From a virus (Duplodnaviria > Caudoviricetes), in IMG/VR virus record IMGVR_UViG_3300020440_001305, positions 1 to 24,743 of that record: a stretch of 24,743 nt of DNA; one strand, written 5' to 3'. The notes below the pieces were generated by a model, which ran no database searches, had not been told where the DNA came from, and saw nothing but the letters and a program-made list of their open reading frames with translations. Of the stretch, positions 16,951 to 24,680 are shown piece by piece (the first letter of the stretch is position 1; each line of letters opens with the position of its first letter). A program made the translations under genes and the position numbers.

Positions 16951-17684
16951 AAGTAGGAGTTCGTGGTAGTAAGTTAGCCTTGGCCTACGCCCAAAAGGCA
17001 ATAGATGCAATAGGCGAAGGCGAAATAGAAATTATTAAAACAGACGGAGATTTACATCCTGAAACTCCTATACATGAAATAGGTGGCAAAGGTGTGTTCT
17101 GTAATGCTATTGAATATGCACTTGCACAAGGACTTATAGATGTAGCAGTACATAGTTTAAAAGATATGCCAGGAGATGTAGAACATCCAGACTTACATAT
17201 ATGTGCAGTGCTAGAACGTGCAAGACCTTATGATGTTCTTATTGGAAAGGTGTTTGATAACTTTGTATTAGGAACTAGCAGTCCTAGGCGTAAAGCACAA
17301 CTAGAACAGTTTTACGCTAATCACAACGTACAAGTTAAACCTATAAGAGGAAACATAGATACTAGACTTGCAAAGTTAGATGCAGGTGAATATGATGCTA
17401 TTGTACTTGCAGAAGCAGGATTAGATGCATTAGGCATTAAAAGAGATTACACAAGACTACCTATTGTTCCAGCAATAGGACAAGGTATAGTTGCACTACA
17501 AACACGTAAAAATGACACAGTAACAAATGCTGTAGTAGGTAAAGTTAATCACGAACTTACATACAGACAAGCACAATTAGAAAGAGCATTATTAAAAGGT
17601 ATAAGTGGCGATTGTCATACAAAAGTTGCTGGCCACACAAGAGGAGATAATCCTATCAAACTTGAGGCAGTGTATTATGAATAA
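16947..17684 (+). CDS. hemC: Porphobilinogen deaminase (hydroxymethylbilane synthase), compact form
   Basis: GVRGSKLA, IKTDGD, GGKGVF, DVAVHSLKDMP, GTSSPRR, IRGNIDTRL, PAIGQG and cofactor Cys in GDC; TTG start with AAGGAG RBS. Confidence 0.92.
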   Translation: MKVGVRGSKLALAYAQKAIDAIGEGEIEIIKTDGDLHPETPIHEIGGKGVFCNAIEYALAQGLIDVAVHSLKDMPGDVEHPDLHICAVLERARPYDVLIGKVFDNFVLGTSSPRRKAQLEQFYANHNVQVKPIRGNIDTRLAKLDAGEYDAIVLAEAGLDALGIKRDYTRLPIVPAIGQGIVALQTRKNDTVTNAVVGKVNHELTYRQAQLERALLKGISGDCHTKVAGHTRGDNPIKLEAVYYE

Positions 17685-18096
17685 TAGACTAGTTGGATTT
17701 ACAGCATCTGCTTTTGATTTATTTCATAGTGGACACGTTGCTATGCTTAAAGAAGCCAGTAGCAACTGTGATTACATGATTGTTGGATTACAAACAGATC
17801 CAACATTAGATAGACCAAATAAAAATCAACCAATCCAAAGTGTATTTGAAAGATATGTACAACTAGAAGGTTGCAAATATATTAACGAAATTATTCCTTA
17901 TGCTACAGAACAGGATCTTGTTGATATTTTATTAACTTATAAGATTGATGTACGTTTTGTTGGTGAAGAATACAAAAACAAAGAGTTCACAGGCAAACAA
18001 ATATGTGTTGACAAAGGTATAGAAATATATTATAATAGTAGACAACATTCATTTAGTACAAGTGGATTGAGAAAAAGGATAAGTGAGGCCAAATGA
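17677..18096 (+). CDS. TagD-like (glycerol-3-phosphate) cytidylyltransferase family protein
   Basis: FDLFHSGH (HxGH), IVGLQTDP, R.VGEEY and RQHSFSTS motifs; start moved to ATG 17677 (GAGG RBS, overlaps the hemC end). Confidence 0.85.
   Translation: MNNRLVGFTASAFDLFHSGHVAMLKEASSNCDYMIVGLQTDPTLDRPNKNQPIQSVFERYVQLEGCKYINEIIPYATEQDLVDILLTYKIDVRFVGEEYKNKEFTGKQICVDKGIEIYYNSRQHSFSTSGLRKRISEAK
18008..18036 (+). promoter_or_regulatory. Consensus sigma70 promoter inside the cytidylyltransferase CDS
   Basis: TTGACA (18008-18013), 17 nt, TATAAT (18031-18036). Confidence 0.75.
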
Positions 18097-18260
18097 AAAA
18101 GAAAATAGATACAAGGCGAGATGCCTGGGATAGAGATTATATGGGAGGGCATTACGTGAAGCCTGAGCCAACAAGCACTAAACAAATTTCCAATGCGGCG
18201 CCAGTACTTGTGTTTGCGTTTTTCTTTATATTAATATTAATAATGGTAGGTAACAAATGA
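18093..18260 (+). CDS. 55-aa protein with a C-terminal TM helix (not in ORF track)
   Basis: MKKKIDTRRDAWDRDYMGGHYVKPEPTSTKQISNAAPVLVFAFFFILILIMVGNK; ATGA overlaps at both ends; GAGG RBS. Confidence 0.75.
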   Translation: MKKKIDTRRDAWDRDYMGGHYVKPEPTSTKQISNAAPVLVFAFFFILILIMVGNK

Positions 18261-19171
18261 AAGATTTATGGGTAGAAAAATATCGTCCTAAGAACTTAGA
18301 TGGTTATGTTTTTAGAGATGAAAATCAACGTAAACAAGCAAAACTTTGGATTAAGGAAAAAAGTATTCCTCATTTATTGTTTAGTGGTGCGGCCGGTATC
18401 GGTAAAACTACTATGGCGAAGATTCTTATAAATGAATTAGAAATTCCAGAGTATGATGTATTAGAACTTAACGCTAGTAGAACAAATAGTGTTGATGAAG
18501 TAAGAAATAAAATTACAAACTTTGTACAAATGATTCCATTTGGTCCTTTCAAAGTTGTACTATTAGATGAGGCAGATTACTTATCTCCAAATGCACAAGC
18601 AGCATTACGTGGTGTTATGGAAGAATATCATAGCACATCAAGATTTATTTTAACTTGTAACTATCCGAACAGAATTATTCCTGCAATACACAGTAGGTGT
18701 CAAGGCTATCATATTGAACGTATCGACCAAACTGAATTTACAGCACGTGTTGCAACTATCCTTGTTGAAGAACAAGTAGATGTTGAACTTGAGACACTTG
18801 ATTTGTATGTCAAAGCAACTTATCCAGACTTACGTAAATGTATCAATATGGTGCAACAAAACGTAACAGACGCAAAACTTCATGCTCCTAGCAAAGGTGA
18901 CGAAGGCGAAGCAGACTGGAAGTTTGATATGGTTGAACTATTTAAGGCTGGAAAGATTAGCGAAGCAAGGCAGTTGCTATGTGGCAAACTACGTGCAGAA
19001 GAAATGGAAGAAGTATATCGTTGGCTGTATGATAATATATCTATATTCGGCGATGAACAAAAACAAGATACTGCTGTACTAGTAATCAAACAAGGATTAG
19101 TAGATCATACACTTGTTGCTGATCCAGAAATTAATCTGGCAGCAGTGTTAATTAAGTTAGGAAGACTATGA
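18257..19171 (+). CDS. Clamp loader AAA+ subunit (RFC small subunit / T4 gp44-like)
   Basis: LWVEKYRP, Walker A GAAGIGKTT, ELNAS, Walker B VVLLDEAD, AQAALR, SRC and DLRK.IN motifs. Confidence 0.93.
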   Translation: MKDLWVEKYRPKNLDGYVFRDENQRKQAKLWIKEKSIPHLLFSGAAGIGKTTMAKILINELEIPEYDVLELNASRTNSVDEVRNKITNFVQMIPFGPFKVVLLDEADYLSPNAQAALRGVMEEYHSTSRFILTCNYPNRIIPAIHSRCQGYHIERIDQTEFTARVATILVEEQVDVELETLDLYVKATYPDLRKCINMVQQNVTDAKLHAPSKGDEGEADWKFDMVELFKAGKISEARQLLCGKLRAEEMEEVYRWLYDNISIFGDEQKQDTAVLVIKQGLVDHTLVADPEINLAAVLIKLGRL

Positions 19172-19413
19172 AAATTAGATACTACCACGACATTAATGGA
19201 GCTCGATGGATTGGTTTTTTACTAGCAATCATCGCAGCATTTATTCTTTCGAATGCAAATCCAGATACACAATGGATAGGTTGGGCAGTTGCTACAGTTA
19301 GTTGTTCAATGTGGATTTATTTTGGTATTAAAGATGGAGATACACCAAGAGCCTTAATGGAAGGAATGTATCTCTTATTAGCATTAAGAGCTATATACAA
19401 TTGGTTGGTATAA
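19168..19413 (+). CDS. 81-aa three-TM membrane protein
   Basis: Three hydrophobic segments, Trp-rich, ends IYNWLV; ATGA coupling. Confidence 0.75.
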   Translation: MKIRYYHDINGARWIGFLLAIIAAFILSNANPDTQWIGWAVATVSCSMWIYFGIKDGDTPRALMEGMYLLLALRAIYNWLV

Positions 19414-19414
19414 T

Positions 19415-19765
19415 ATGGCACACTTAGTAGATGATAAATGTATAAATTGTAAACACACAACTTGCGTAAGTGTTTGCCCTGTTGATTGTTTTTACGAAGG
19501 TGAAAACATGTTGGTTATTAATCCTGAAGAATGTATTGACTGTGGCGTTTGTATTCCAGAATGTCCTGAAGAAGCAATATTTCAAACAGACGATACAGAA
19601 AATAAATGGTATAAACACAATCTTTATTTTAGTACAGAAGGCAATTGGCCTAACATTACTGAAGAACAACAACCTATGGAGAACTATGTAGACTATGCTA
19701 AAGAAAACTACAAGGAAGATAAAACAAAATTATTTAAAGCAATCCCAGCAGTGCAGATAGATTAG
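19415..19765 (+). CDS. fdxA: Dicluster ferredoxin, FdxA / 7Fe type
   Basis: [21 protein letters not shown]...[17 protein letters not shown] matches the Azotobacter FdI / alphaproteobacterial FdxA pattern, including the WPNIT tail motif. Confidence 0.92.
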   Translation: MAHLVDDKCINCKHTTCVSVCPVDCFYEGENMLVINPEECIDCGVCIPECPEEAIFQTDDTENKWYKHNLYFSTEGNWPNITEEQQPMENYVDYAKENYKEDKTKLFKAIPAVQID

Positions 19766-19769
19766 TATT

Positions 19770-20069
19770 ATGACAGGTATAGTTTTTTGGATAGGATTTA
19801 CAGTAATGGTGTTAAACGAAGGTTTCGTTATAATGCGACATGTACATCCTTGGTTTGCTCACAAAAGAGATCAATTGATAACCAAATACGGCAATAGTTG
19901 GAAGAAGTTTCATGCTACATTAGATTATGTTTGGATAGGCGGTGTAACATTAGGTATAGCAATAGACATCAGTAACTGGAAATTTTATGCCACAGTGCTT
20001 GCAACCTTTTGGAGTGTAGTCGCAGTATTTGTTTACTTGCCATTACTTGTAAAGAAACTTAGAAAATGA
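19770..20069 (+). CDS. 99-aa membrane protein
   Basis: About three hydrophobic segments; coupled to both neighbours. Confidence 0.7.
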   Translation: MTGIVFWIGFTVMVLNEGFVIMRHVHPWFAHKRDQLITKYGNSWKKFHATLDYVWIGGVTLGIAIDISNWKFYATVLATFWSVVAVFVYLPLLVKKLRK

Positions 20070-20503
20070 AACAAAAATTTATAGATGCATACATGGATGT
20101 TGCTGAAAGATTTTCAAAATTGAGTACAGCAAAACGTTTGAACGTAGGTGCAATTGTTGTTAAGGATGATCGTATTATTAGTATCGGCTACAACGGTATG
20201 CCTAGCGGTTGGGATAATGACTGTGAAGATGTTATTGCACTAGATGATGTTGGATCGCCTGTGCTTAAATCTAAGCCTGAAGTGCTACACGCCGAATCCA
20301 ATGCGATAGCAAAACTTGCCCGATCATCTGAAAGTGGAGAAGGGGCAAGCATTTTTATTACACATTCGCCGTGTATAGAATGTGCAAAACTAATTTATCA
20401 GTCAGGCATTTCAAAGGTATACTACAAATCAACATATAGATCTGAAGAAGGTGTTACCTTTTTAAATGCCAGCGGTGTCCAAGTAGAAAGAGTTAAATCT
20501 TAA
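20066..20503 (+). CDS. dCMP deaminase (ComEB / T4 cd family)
   Basis: VGAIVV...IISIGYNG, HAESNAI and SPCIECAKLI Zn-deaminase motifs. Confidence 0.92.
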   Translation: MKQKFIDAYMDVAERFSKLSTAKRLNVGAIVVKDDRIISIGYNGMPSGWDNDCEDVIALDDVGSPVLKSKPEVLHAESNAIAKLARSSESGEGASIFITHSPCIECAKLIYQSGISKVYYKSTYRSEEGVTFLNASGVQVERVKS

Positions 20504-21219
20504 CCATCTCCATATATACTTAATATCTCTTTTACCGCTTCATGTCTTTCAACATCTGCCCTTGTAAACTGGCAAATATCAACATATTGATGATTACTAA
20601 AGTTGTTATACAACTCAAGGAACTGTAATAAACCGTTATTACTAGGCCTGTCTGCCTGATGTAAATCACCGGTTACAATCATCTTAGATCCTTCTCCCAA
20701 CCTAGTTAAAAGCATTTTCATTTGACTAGGTGTTGCGTTTTGCATTTCATCCGCAATAATTACGGAGTTCTTAAATGTTCTACCTCTCATGTATGCTAAT
20801 GGAGCAATTTCAACTACTCCTTCTCTCATTTGTCTTTCTACTTCTGCTTGGCAAAAGTTTTCAGAAAAAACATCAAAAATAGGACGAGTCCACGGTGCCA
20901 TTTTTTCATTAAGATCTCCTGGCAAAAATCCATGACTTTCGTCTACTGAAACTGCAGGTCTAGTAATTACAATCTTGTTACATAATTTATCACGGAATTC
21001 ATTAATTGCCCATTGAACTGCAATCATTGTTTTACCCGTGCCTGCAGGACCTATAGCAAATACTATATGCTTATCCTTGCTGTCTAATTTTTGTAGGTAA
21101 AATTTCTGATTTAAGTTTTTAGGAACAACTTCTTTTCGCTTTGATTTATGCGAGTTTATATTTACTATGTTGTTATACGCTGCATTTTGTGCCGCATGGG
21201 CTCTATTTTTTCTCTTCAT
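20500..21219 (-). CDS. phoH: PhoH-family ATPase
   Basis: GPAGTGKT, ITRPAV, GFLPG, PLAYMRGRTF, IIADEMQN, LLTRLG and GD..Q.D motifs. Confidence 0.95.
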   Translation of the reverse strand: MKRKNRAHAAQNAAYNNIVNINSHKSKRKEVVPKNLNQKFYLQKLDSKDKHIVFAIGPAGTGKTMIAVQWAINEFRDKLCNKIVITRPAVSVDESHGFLPGDLNEKMAPWTRPIFDVFSENFCQAEVERQMREGVVEIAPLAYMRGRTFKNSVIIADEMQNATPSQMKMLLTRLGEGSKMIVTGDLHQADRPSNNGLLQFLELYNNFSNHQYVDICQFTRADVERHEAVKEILSIYGDG

Positions 21220-21223
21220 ATTA

Positions 21224-21303
21224 GGGGTTTTCCTCCGTTAGTGAAAATCTGCTCAACAACGGAACGAGGGTAGGTACAAAATGTAAAAGTCCGTTATCGA
21301 ACA
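21224..21303 (-). promoter_or_regulatory. Structured 5' leader of phoH (candidate cis-regulatory RNA)
   Basis: 14-bp stem UGUUCGAUAACGGA/UCCGUUGUUGAGCA with 3 G-U pairs that form only on the - strand; its 3' arm is also complementary to the SD region UAACGGAG. Confidence 0.6.
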
Positions 21304-21309
21304 TACTAT

Positions 21310-21315
21310 TATTTA
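21310..21315 (-). promoter_or_regulatory. Late promoter core TAAATA for phoH
   Basis: TTAAATA on - strand, 6 nt before the leader stem begins. Confidence 0.55.
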
Positions 21316-21355
21316 AGTTCACAGATAAAAAATAATAGCATAACATTACGAAAAC

Positions 21356-21363
21356 GATAAATA
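21356..21363 (+). promoter_or_regulatory. Late promoter GATAAATA
   Basis: Divergent gap; followed by GGAG RBS and ATG 21379. Confidence 0.6.
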
Positions 21364-21378
21364 CTTGTGGAGACTAAT

Positions 21379-21903
21379 ATGGCCAGCATTAAAGACGTTA
21401 TAGCAAATATAGAACAAATTTACGGTTCTAACAATAGTTTAAACCTACTTAAGGACTTCGAGCGTGTAGTTGACGAGCTTGATCTTTATGTGTTTGAAAA
21501 CTGGATGGACGGTGAACTAGCCGCTGGTCCTAAAGAGGATAGATATTTTATAGAATGCACATTTATGTGGCCTAAAGATAGAATGCCTGAACCCGCTGGT
21601 GGTAAAAGACTATTAGAATATGGCTGTAAAGTAGCATACGCTGAATCAGCAATATCTAAAGTAAGAAGAATAAAAACACCAGATGATATTAGACCGGGTA
21701 CACGTAAAGGCAAAATAGACATAGAAGAAGTTTGGATGGTAAAAATAAAGATGCCTAAAGCACTGATGAAAAATGTCGACCGAGGTTATACCAATCTTGA
21801 CAAGAATAAAGTACAAGATATATTAAGTAATTCAACAGCGGTACAAAATCCAGAACCAGTTGAACAAACTGCACAAGGAACACCAGATGAAGAAGCACAA
21901 TAA
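21379..21903 (+). CDS. 174-aa hypothetical phage protein (late)
   Basis: GGAG RBS favours ATG 21379 over GTG 21367; globular-looking sequence (DFERVVDELDLYVFENW..GEL) with an acidic tail; no recognisable family. Confidence 0.75.
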   Translation: MASIKDVIANIEQIYGSNNSLNLLKDFERVVDELDLYVFENWMDGELAAGPKEDRYFIECTFMWPKDRMPEPAGGKRLLEYGCKVAYAESAISKVRRIKTPDDIRPGTRKGKIDIEEVWMVKIKMPKALMKNVDRGYTNLDKNKVQDILSNSTAVQNPEPVEQTAQGTPDEEAQ

Positions 21904-22624
21904 AGTTTTAGCAGAAGGACTTAGAAAACATGATCTAGAAGATATGTTTTATCCTATTATGGAAATAGATATACATAAATCTAAGATGGGCGAAGACCCA
22001 GATGTATGTGTTGTAACCTTTCAAGCAAAAGATAGACATCCTGCTAAAGACTTCATGGAGTTCGTTGAAAAAGGATATCCTTTTGTTTTAGATGCTGATG
22101 TAAGTGCAGGTGAAAACAAAGATGGAGAGTATAGTATATTTGTTGAAGTAGAAAGAAATACAAAACTTGCTGAAAATATTATGGAAATGCTTTTTGGTGT
22201 AAGCAAACTTACAAATATTTTAGATTGGAAATTTAAGTATTACAAAAATAAAGACAGCATGAATGCTACTACAGAAAATTTAAAAAAAATTCCGTCAGAT
22301 AAAAAAATGTACGAGCAGGTAATGAATAAATTCAGAACTGACGAAGTTAAGAGTTTCTTCAATAAAACATTAATGGACGACTTAGTTTTAGAAAATAATA
22401 AAATAAAAATTCTAAAACCGTTTGATGTTTCGGTAGAGTTTGAAATAGTCAGCGAAGGTGACGACAAACTCAGCGAAGGACTAGAAGATATACAGGTAGA
22501 TGATAATGCTACTGCTGAAATCTTTTGGTTAACAAAAGTTATGGGAGACTATAACATTACAAAATTTGGTGACAAATTTCTGTTTACCAATGAATCAAAA
22601 TCGATGGTTTTAAAAAGGATATAA
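21887..22624 (+). CDS. 245-aa hypothetical phage protein
   Basis: AAGGA RBS before ATG 21887; long ORF coupled to both neighbours; no recognisable motif. Confidence 0.75.
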   Translation: MKKHNKVLAEGLRKHDLEDMFYPIMEIDIHKSKMGEDPDVCVVTFQAKDRHPAKDFMEFVEKGYPFVLDADVSAGENKDGEYSIFVEVERNTKLAENIMEMLFGVSKLTNILDWKFKYYKNKDSMNATTENLKKIPSDKKMYEQVMNKFRTDEVKSFFNKTLMDDLVLENNKIKILKPFDVSVEFEIVSEGDDKLSEGLEDIQVDDNATAEIFWLTKVMGDYNITKFGDKFLFTNESKSMVLKRI

Positions 22625-22627
22625 ATT

Positions 22628-23140
22628 ATGGCAAAAGAAAATTATCAAGCATGTTTAGATATGATTTTACATCATGAGGGTGGATATGTAAACCATCCTA
22701 AAGACCCAGGCGGAGAAACTAACCTAGGTGTTACTAAAAGAGTTTACGAAGATTTCGGCGGCACAAAAGACATGAAAGACTTGACAGTCGAAGATGTTGC
22801 GCCAATCTATGAAAAGAACTATTGGGGTCGCTTGAAGTGCGATGATATTCCTAGTGGTTTAGATTTATGTGTATTTGATTTTGGAGTTAATGCAGGAACA
22901 GGACGTAGTGCAAAATACCTACAAACAATGATAGGTACTGTTGCAGACGGCGGCATTGGACCTAATACATTAAAAGCATTAGGCAATTACATAGAATCAG
23001 AAGGTGTTGAAAAAGCAATTAGAGACTTCCAAGAAGCACGTCAATCTTACTATGAAAAGTTATCTACATTTGAAACTTTTGGAAGAGGTTGGACACGCAG
23101 AGTAGATGAGACAACTGAAGCCGCTATCAAAATGATATGA
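22628..23140 (+). CDS. Endolysin, glycoside hydrolase family 108 with C-terminal peptidoglycan-binding region
   Basis: HEGGYVNHPKDPGGETNLGVT, IY...YW, FDFGVNAG, DGGIGPNT and FGRGWTRR motifs. Confidence 0.92.
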   Translation: MAKENYQACLDMILHHEGGYVNHPKDPGGETNLGVTKRVYEDFGGTKDMKDLTVEDVAPIYEKNYWGRLKCDDIPSGLDLCVFDFGVNAGTGRSAKYLQTMIGTVADGGIGPNTLKALGNYIESEGVEKAIRDFQEARQSYYEKLSTFETFGRGWTRRVDETTEAAIKMI

Positions 23141-23280
23141 ACAACGTTTGTCAAAACTGCGGAAGAGAACACGAAGGTAAATTAATCGAAACATTCACAG
23201 ATGGTGACAACAAACCTATAGAGATTGTTGTCTGTGAACATGCTAGATACGAGGAAGAAGTAGATGAAAAAAGTAATTAA
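23137..23280 (+). CDS. 47-aa putative Zn-binding microprotein (not in ORF track)
   Basis: MNNVCQNCGREHEGKLIETFTDGDNKPIEIVVCEHARYEEEVDEKSN; ATGA overlap with the endolysin stop; CxxC, H and C candidate ligands. Confidence 0.7.
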   Translation: MNNVCQNCGREHEGKLIETFTDGDNKPIEIVVCEHARYEEEVDEKSN

Positions 23281-23479
23281 AGCAGTAGCAGAACACTTAG
23301 GTATTGATGAATCTAAAGTTGTACCAGAAGCAAATTTAATGGACGATTTAGGTGCTGATGAATTTGATATTATAGAGTTAGCAGTTGCTATTCAAAAGGC
23401 AACAGGTGTAACAATTTCAGAAGAAGACGAAGCCAACGTTCAAACTGTTGGCGACTTTATTAAACTGGTAGAAGCATAA
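23264..23479 (+). CDS. acpP: Acyl carrier protein homologue with the phosphopantetheine Ser replaced by Glu
   Basis: EHLGIDESKVVPEANLMDDLGADEFDIIEL...ISEEDEANVQTVGDFI follows AcpP throughout, but DLGADSLD reads DLGADEFD; GAGGA RBS. Confidence 0.88.
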   Translation: MKKVIKAVAEHLGIDESKVVPEANLMDDLGADEFDIIELAVAIQKATGVTISEEDEANVQTVGDFIKLVEA

Positions 23480-23964
23480 TGTTTGGATCAATTAAAATAG
23501 CGATGGTTGTAATTATGTTGGCTGGTGCAGGCGGTGGCTTTATGTATGTAAAGACATTGAAGTCTGATCTTGCAACTAGTGAAGCAAATAATGCTAAACT
23601 ATTAGACAGTGTGTCTGAACAACAGTCTGTAATTGAACAACAGAAAAAAGATTTTACTGCTATATTGTCTGCTAACAAAGAACTTGAAGATAAGAACAGA
23701 GTATTGCAAACAGAATTCAAAGCACTTGACAAACGTTTTAATAAGATAAACGGACAAGGTGAGGTCCGTGATATAGGAAAACTTGCCGAAGAGCGTCCAA
23801 CATCAGTTGAACGTGTTGTTAACAGCGCAACCAAAAAAGCAATGAGATGTGTAGAAATTGCTATGGGTGCACCACTAACGGAGAAAGAGAAAAATGCTAC
23901 TAAGAAATCACAGATCAATTCTGAGTGCCCTAGTCTTGCTAATCCTAACTACGTTCCTTACTAG
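23479..23964 (+). CDS. Putative inner-membrane spanin (Rz-like)
   Basis: Single N-terminal TM, long coiled-coil, two C-terminal Cys; overlapped by a lipoprotein gene; downstream of the endolysin. Confidence 0.75.
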   Translation: MFGSIKIAMVVIMLAGAGGGFMYVKTLKSDLATSEANNAKLLDSVSEQQSVIEQQKKDFTAILSANKELEDKNRVLQTEFKALDKRFNKINGQGEVRDIGKLAEERPTSVERVVNSATKKAMRCVEIAMGAPLTEKEKNATKKSQINSECPSLANPNYVPY

Positions 23965-24277
23965 TTGCAGCACTGTATCAAAGTTAGACGTATTTAAAAC
24001 TGAAGTAGAAAGAGCACCTCTTAATCTTGATAATCCTGAAACTCCTAATTTAGAGGAAGTTCGTTGGATTATAATCACTTCAGAAAATGCAGCAGAAGTA
24101 TTTGCTAAAATGAAAGAGCAAGGCAAAGATCCTGTGCTGTTTGGTTTAAGTGACGAAGATTACGAATTATTATCTAAAAACTTTGCACAAATACGTGCTT
24201 ATATGATACAACAAGGATTAACACTTGAACAGTATCGTGAATATTATGAAGGCGCAAAAGAAGCCACATCTGAATAA
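23894..24277 (+). CDS. Putative outer-membrane spanin lipoprotein (Rz1-like)
   Basis: Basic N-region, hydrophobic core and lipobox LTSC; Pro-containing mature part; 71-nt overlap with the i-spanin gene. Confidence 0.75.
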   Translation: MLLRNHRSILSALVLLILTTFLTSCSTVSKLDVFKTEVERAPLNLDNPETPNLEEVRWIIITSENAAEVFAKMKEQGKDPVLFGLSDEDYELLSKNFAQIRAYMIQQGLTLEQYREYYEGAKEATSE

Positions 24278-24280
24278 ATA
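24275..24280 (+). promoter_or_regulatory. Late promoter core TAAATA
   Basis: AATAAATA overlapping the o-spanin stop, 30 nt before ATG 24311. Confidence 0.45.
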
Positions 24281-24310
24281 CGTATATAAAACAAAGAGGG
24301 TAGAAACACA

Positions 24311-24652
24311 ATGGCTGAGAAATTAAAAGAAGATAAATTAGTAGTTCCACACAATACAGATACAGCAAAAAAGAAAGTATCAGTTGAACTAGAAGTAGAC
24401 ACTTCCGTAAAAGACCTAGGACCAAATCCATATGCCAAATTAATTCATCTTGCACGAGCCGTTGATGCTTGGAGAATATTCCCAAGACTGTTCTTAACTG
24501 TATACATTGTGTTATTATACAAGTGTGTAATTTGGTATATGGATTTACCTGCTCCTACTATGGAACAATCAGGTTTAATTAGTATTGTAGTTGGTGCTGG
24601 TGCAGCGTGGTTTGGATTGTATACAGGTTCAAAATCTGAAAAAGACAAATAA
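24311..24652 (+). CDS. Two-TM membrane protein, holin candidate
   Basis: WRIFPRLFLTVYIVLLY..VIWY and LISIVVGAGAAWFGLY TM segments, charged tail, next to the spanins; GAGG RBS. Holin function is inferred from context. Confidence 0.6.
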   Translation: MAEKLKEDKLVVPHNTDTAKKKVSVELEVDTSVKDLGPNPYAKLIHLARAVDAWRIFPRLFLTVYIVLLYKCVIWYMDLPAPTMEQSGLISIVVGAGAAWFGLYTGSKSEKDK

Positions 24653-24680
24653 GAAATTTCCGTACCCAGTTGAAATAGAT

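Noticed and set aside
21797-21824. TTGACA inside the 174-aa gene as a sigma70 promoter
   Set aside because: Only an imperfect -10 (TATATT) at 16-nt spacing; plausible by chance in AT-rich DNA.
946-21886. Longer ORF-track starts at 946, 14918, 15857, 17605, 21367 and 21860
   Set aside because: Downstream ATGs have better RBS or coupling and match family N-termini.
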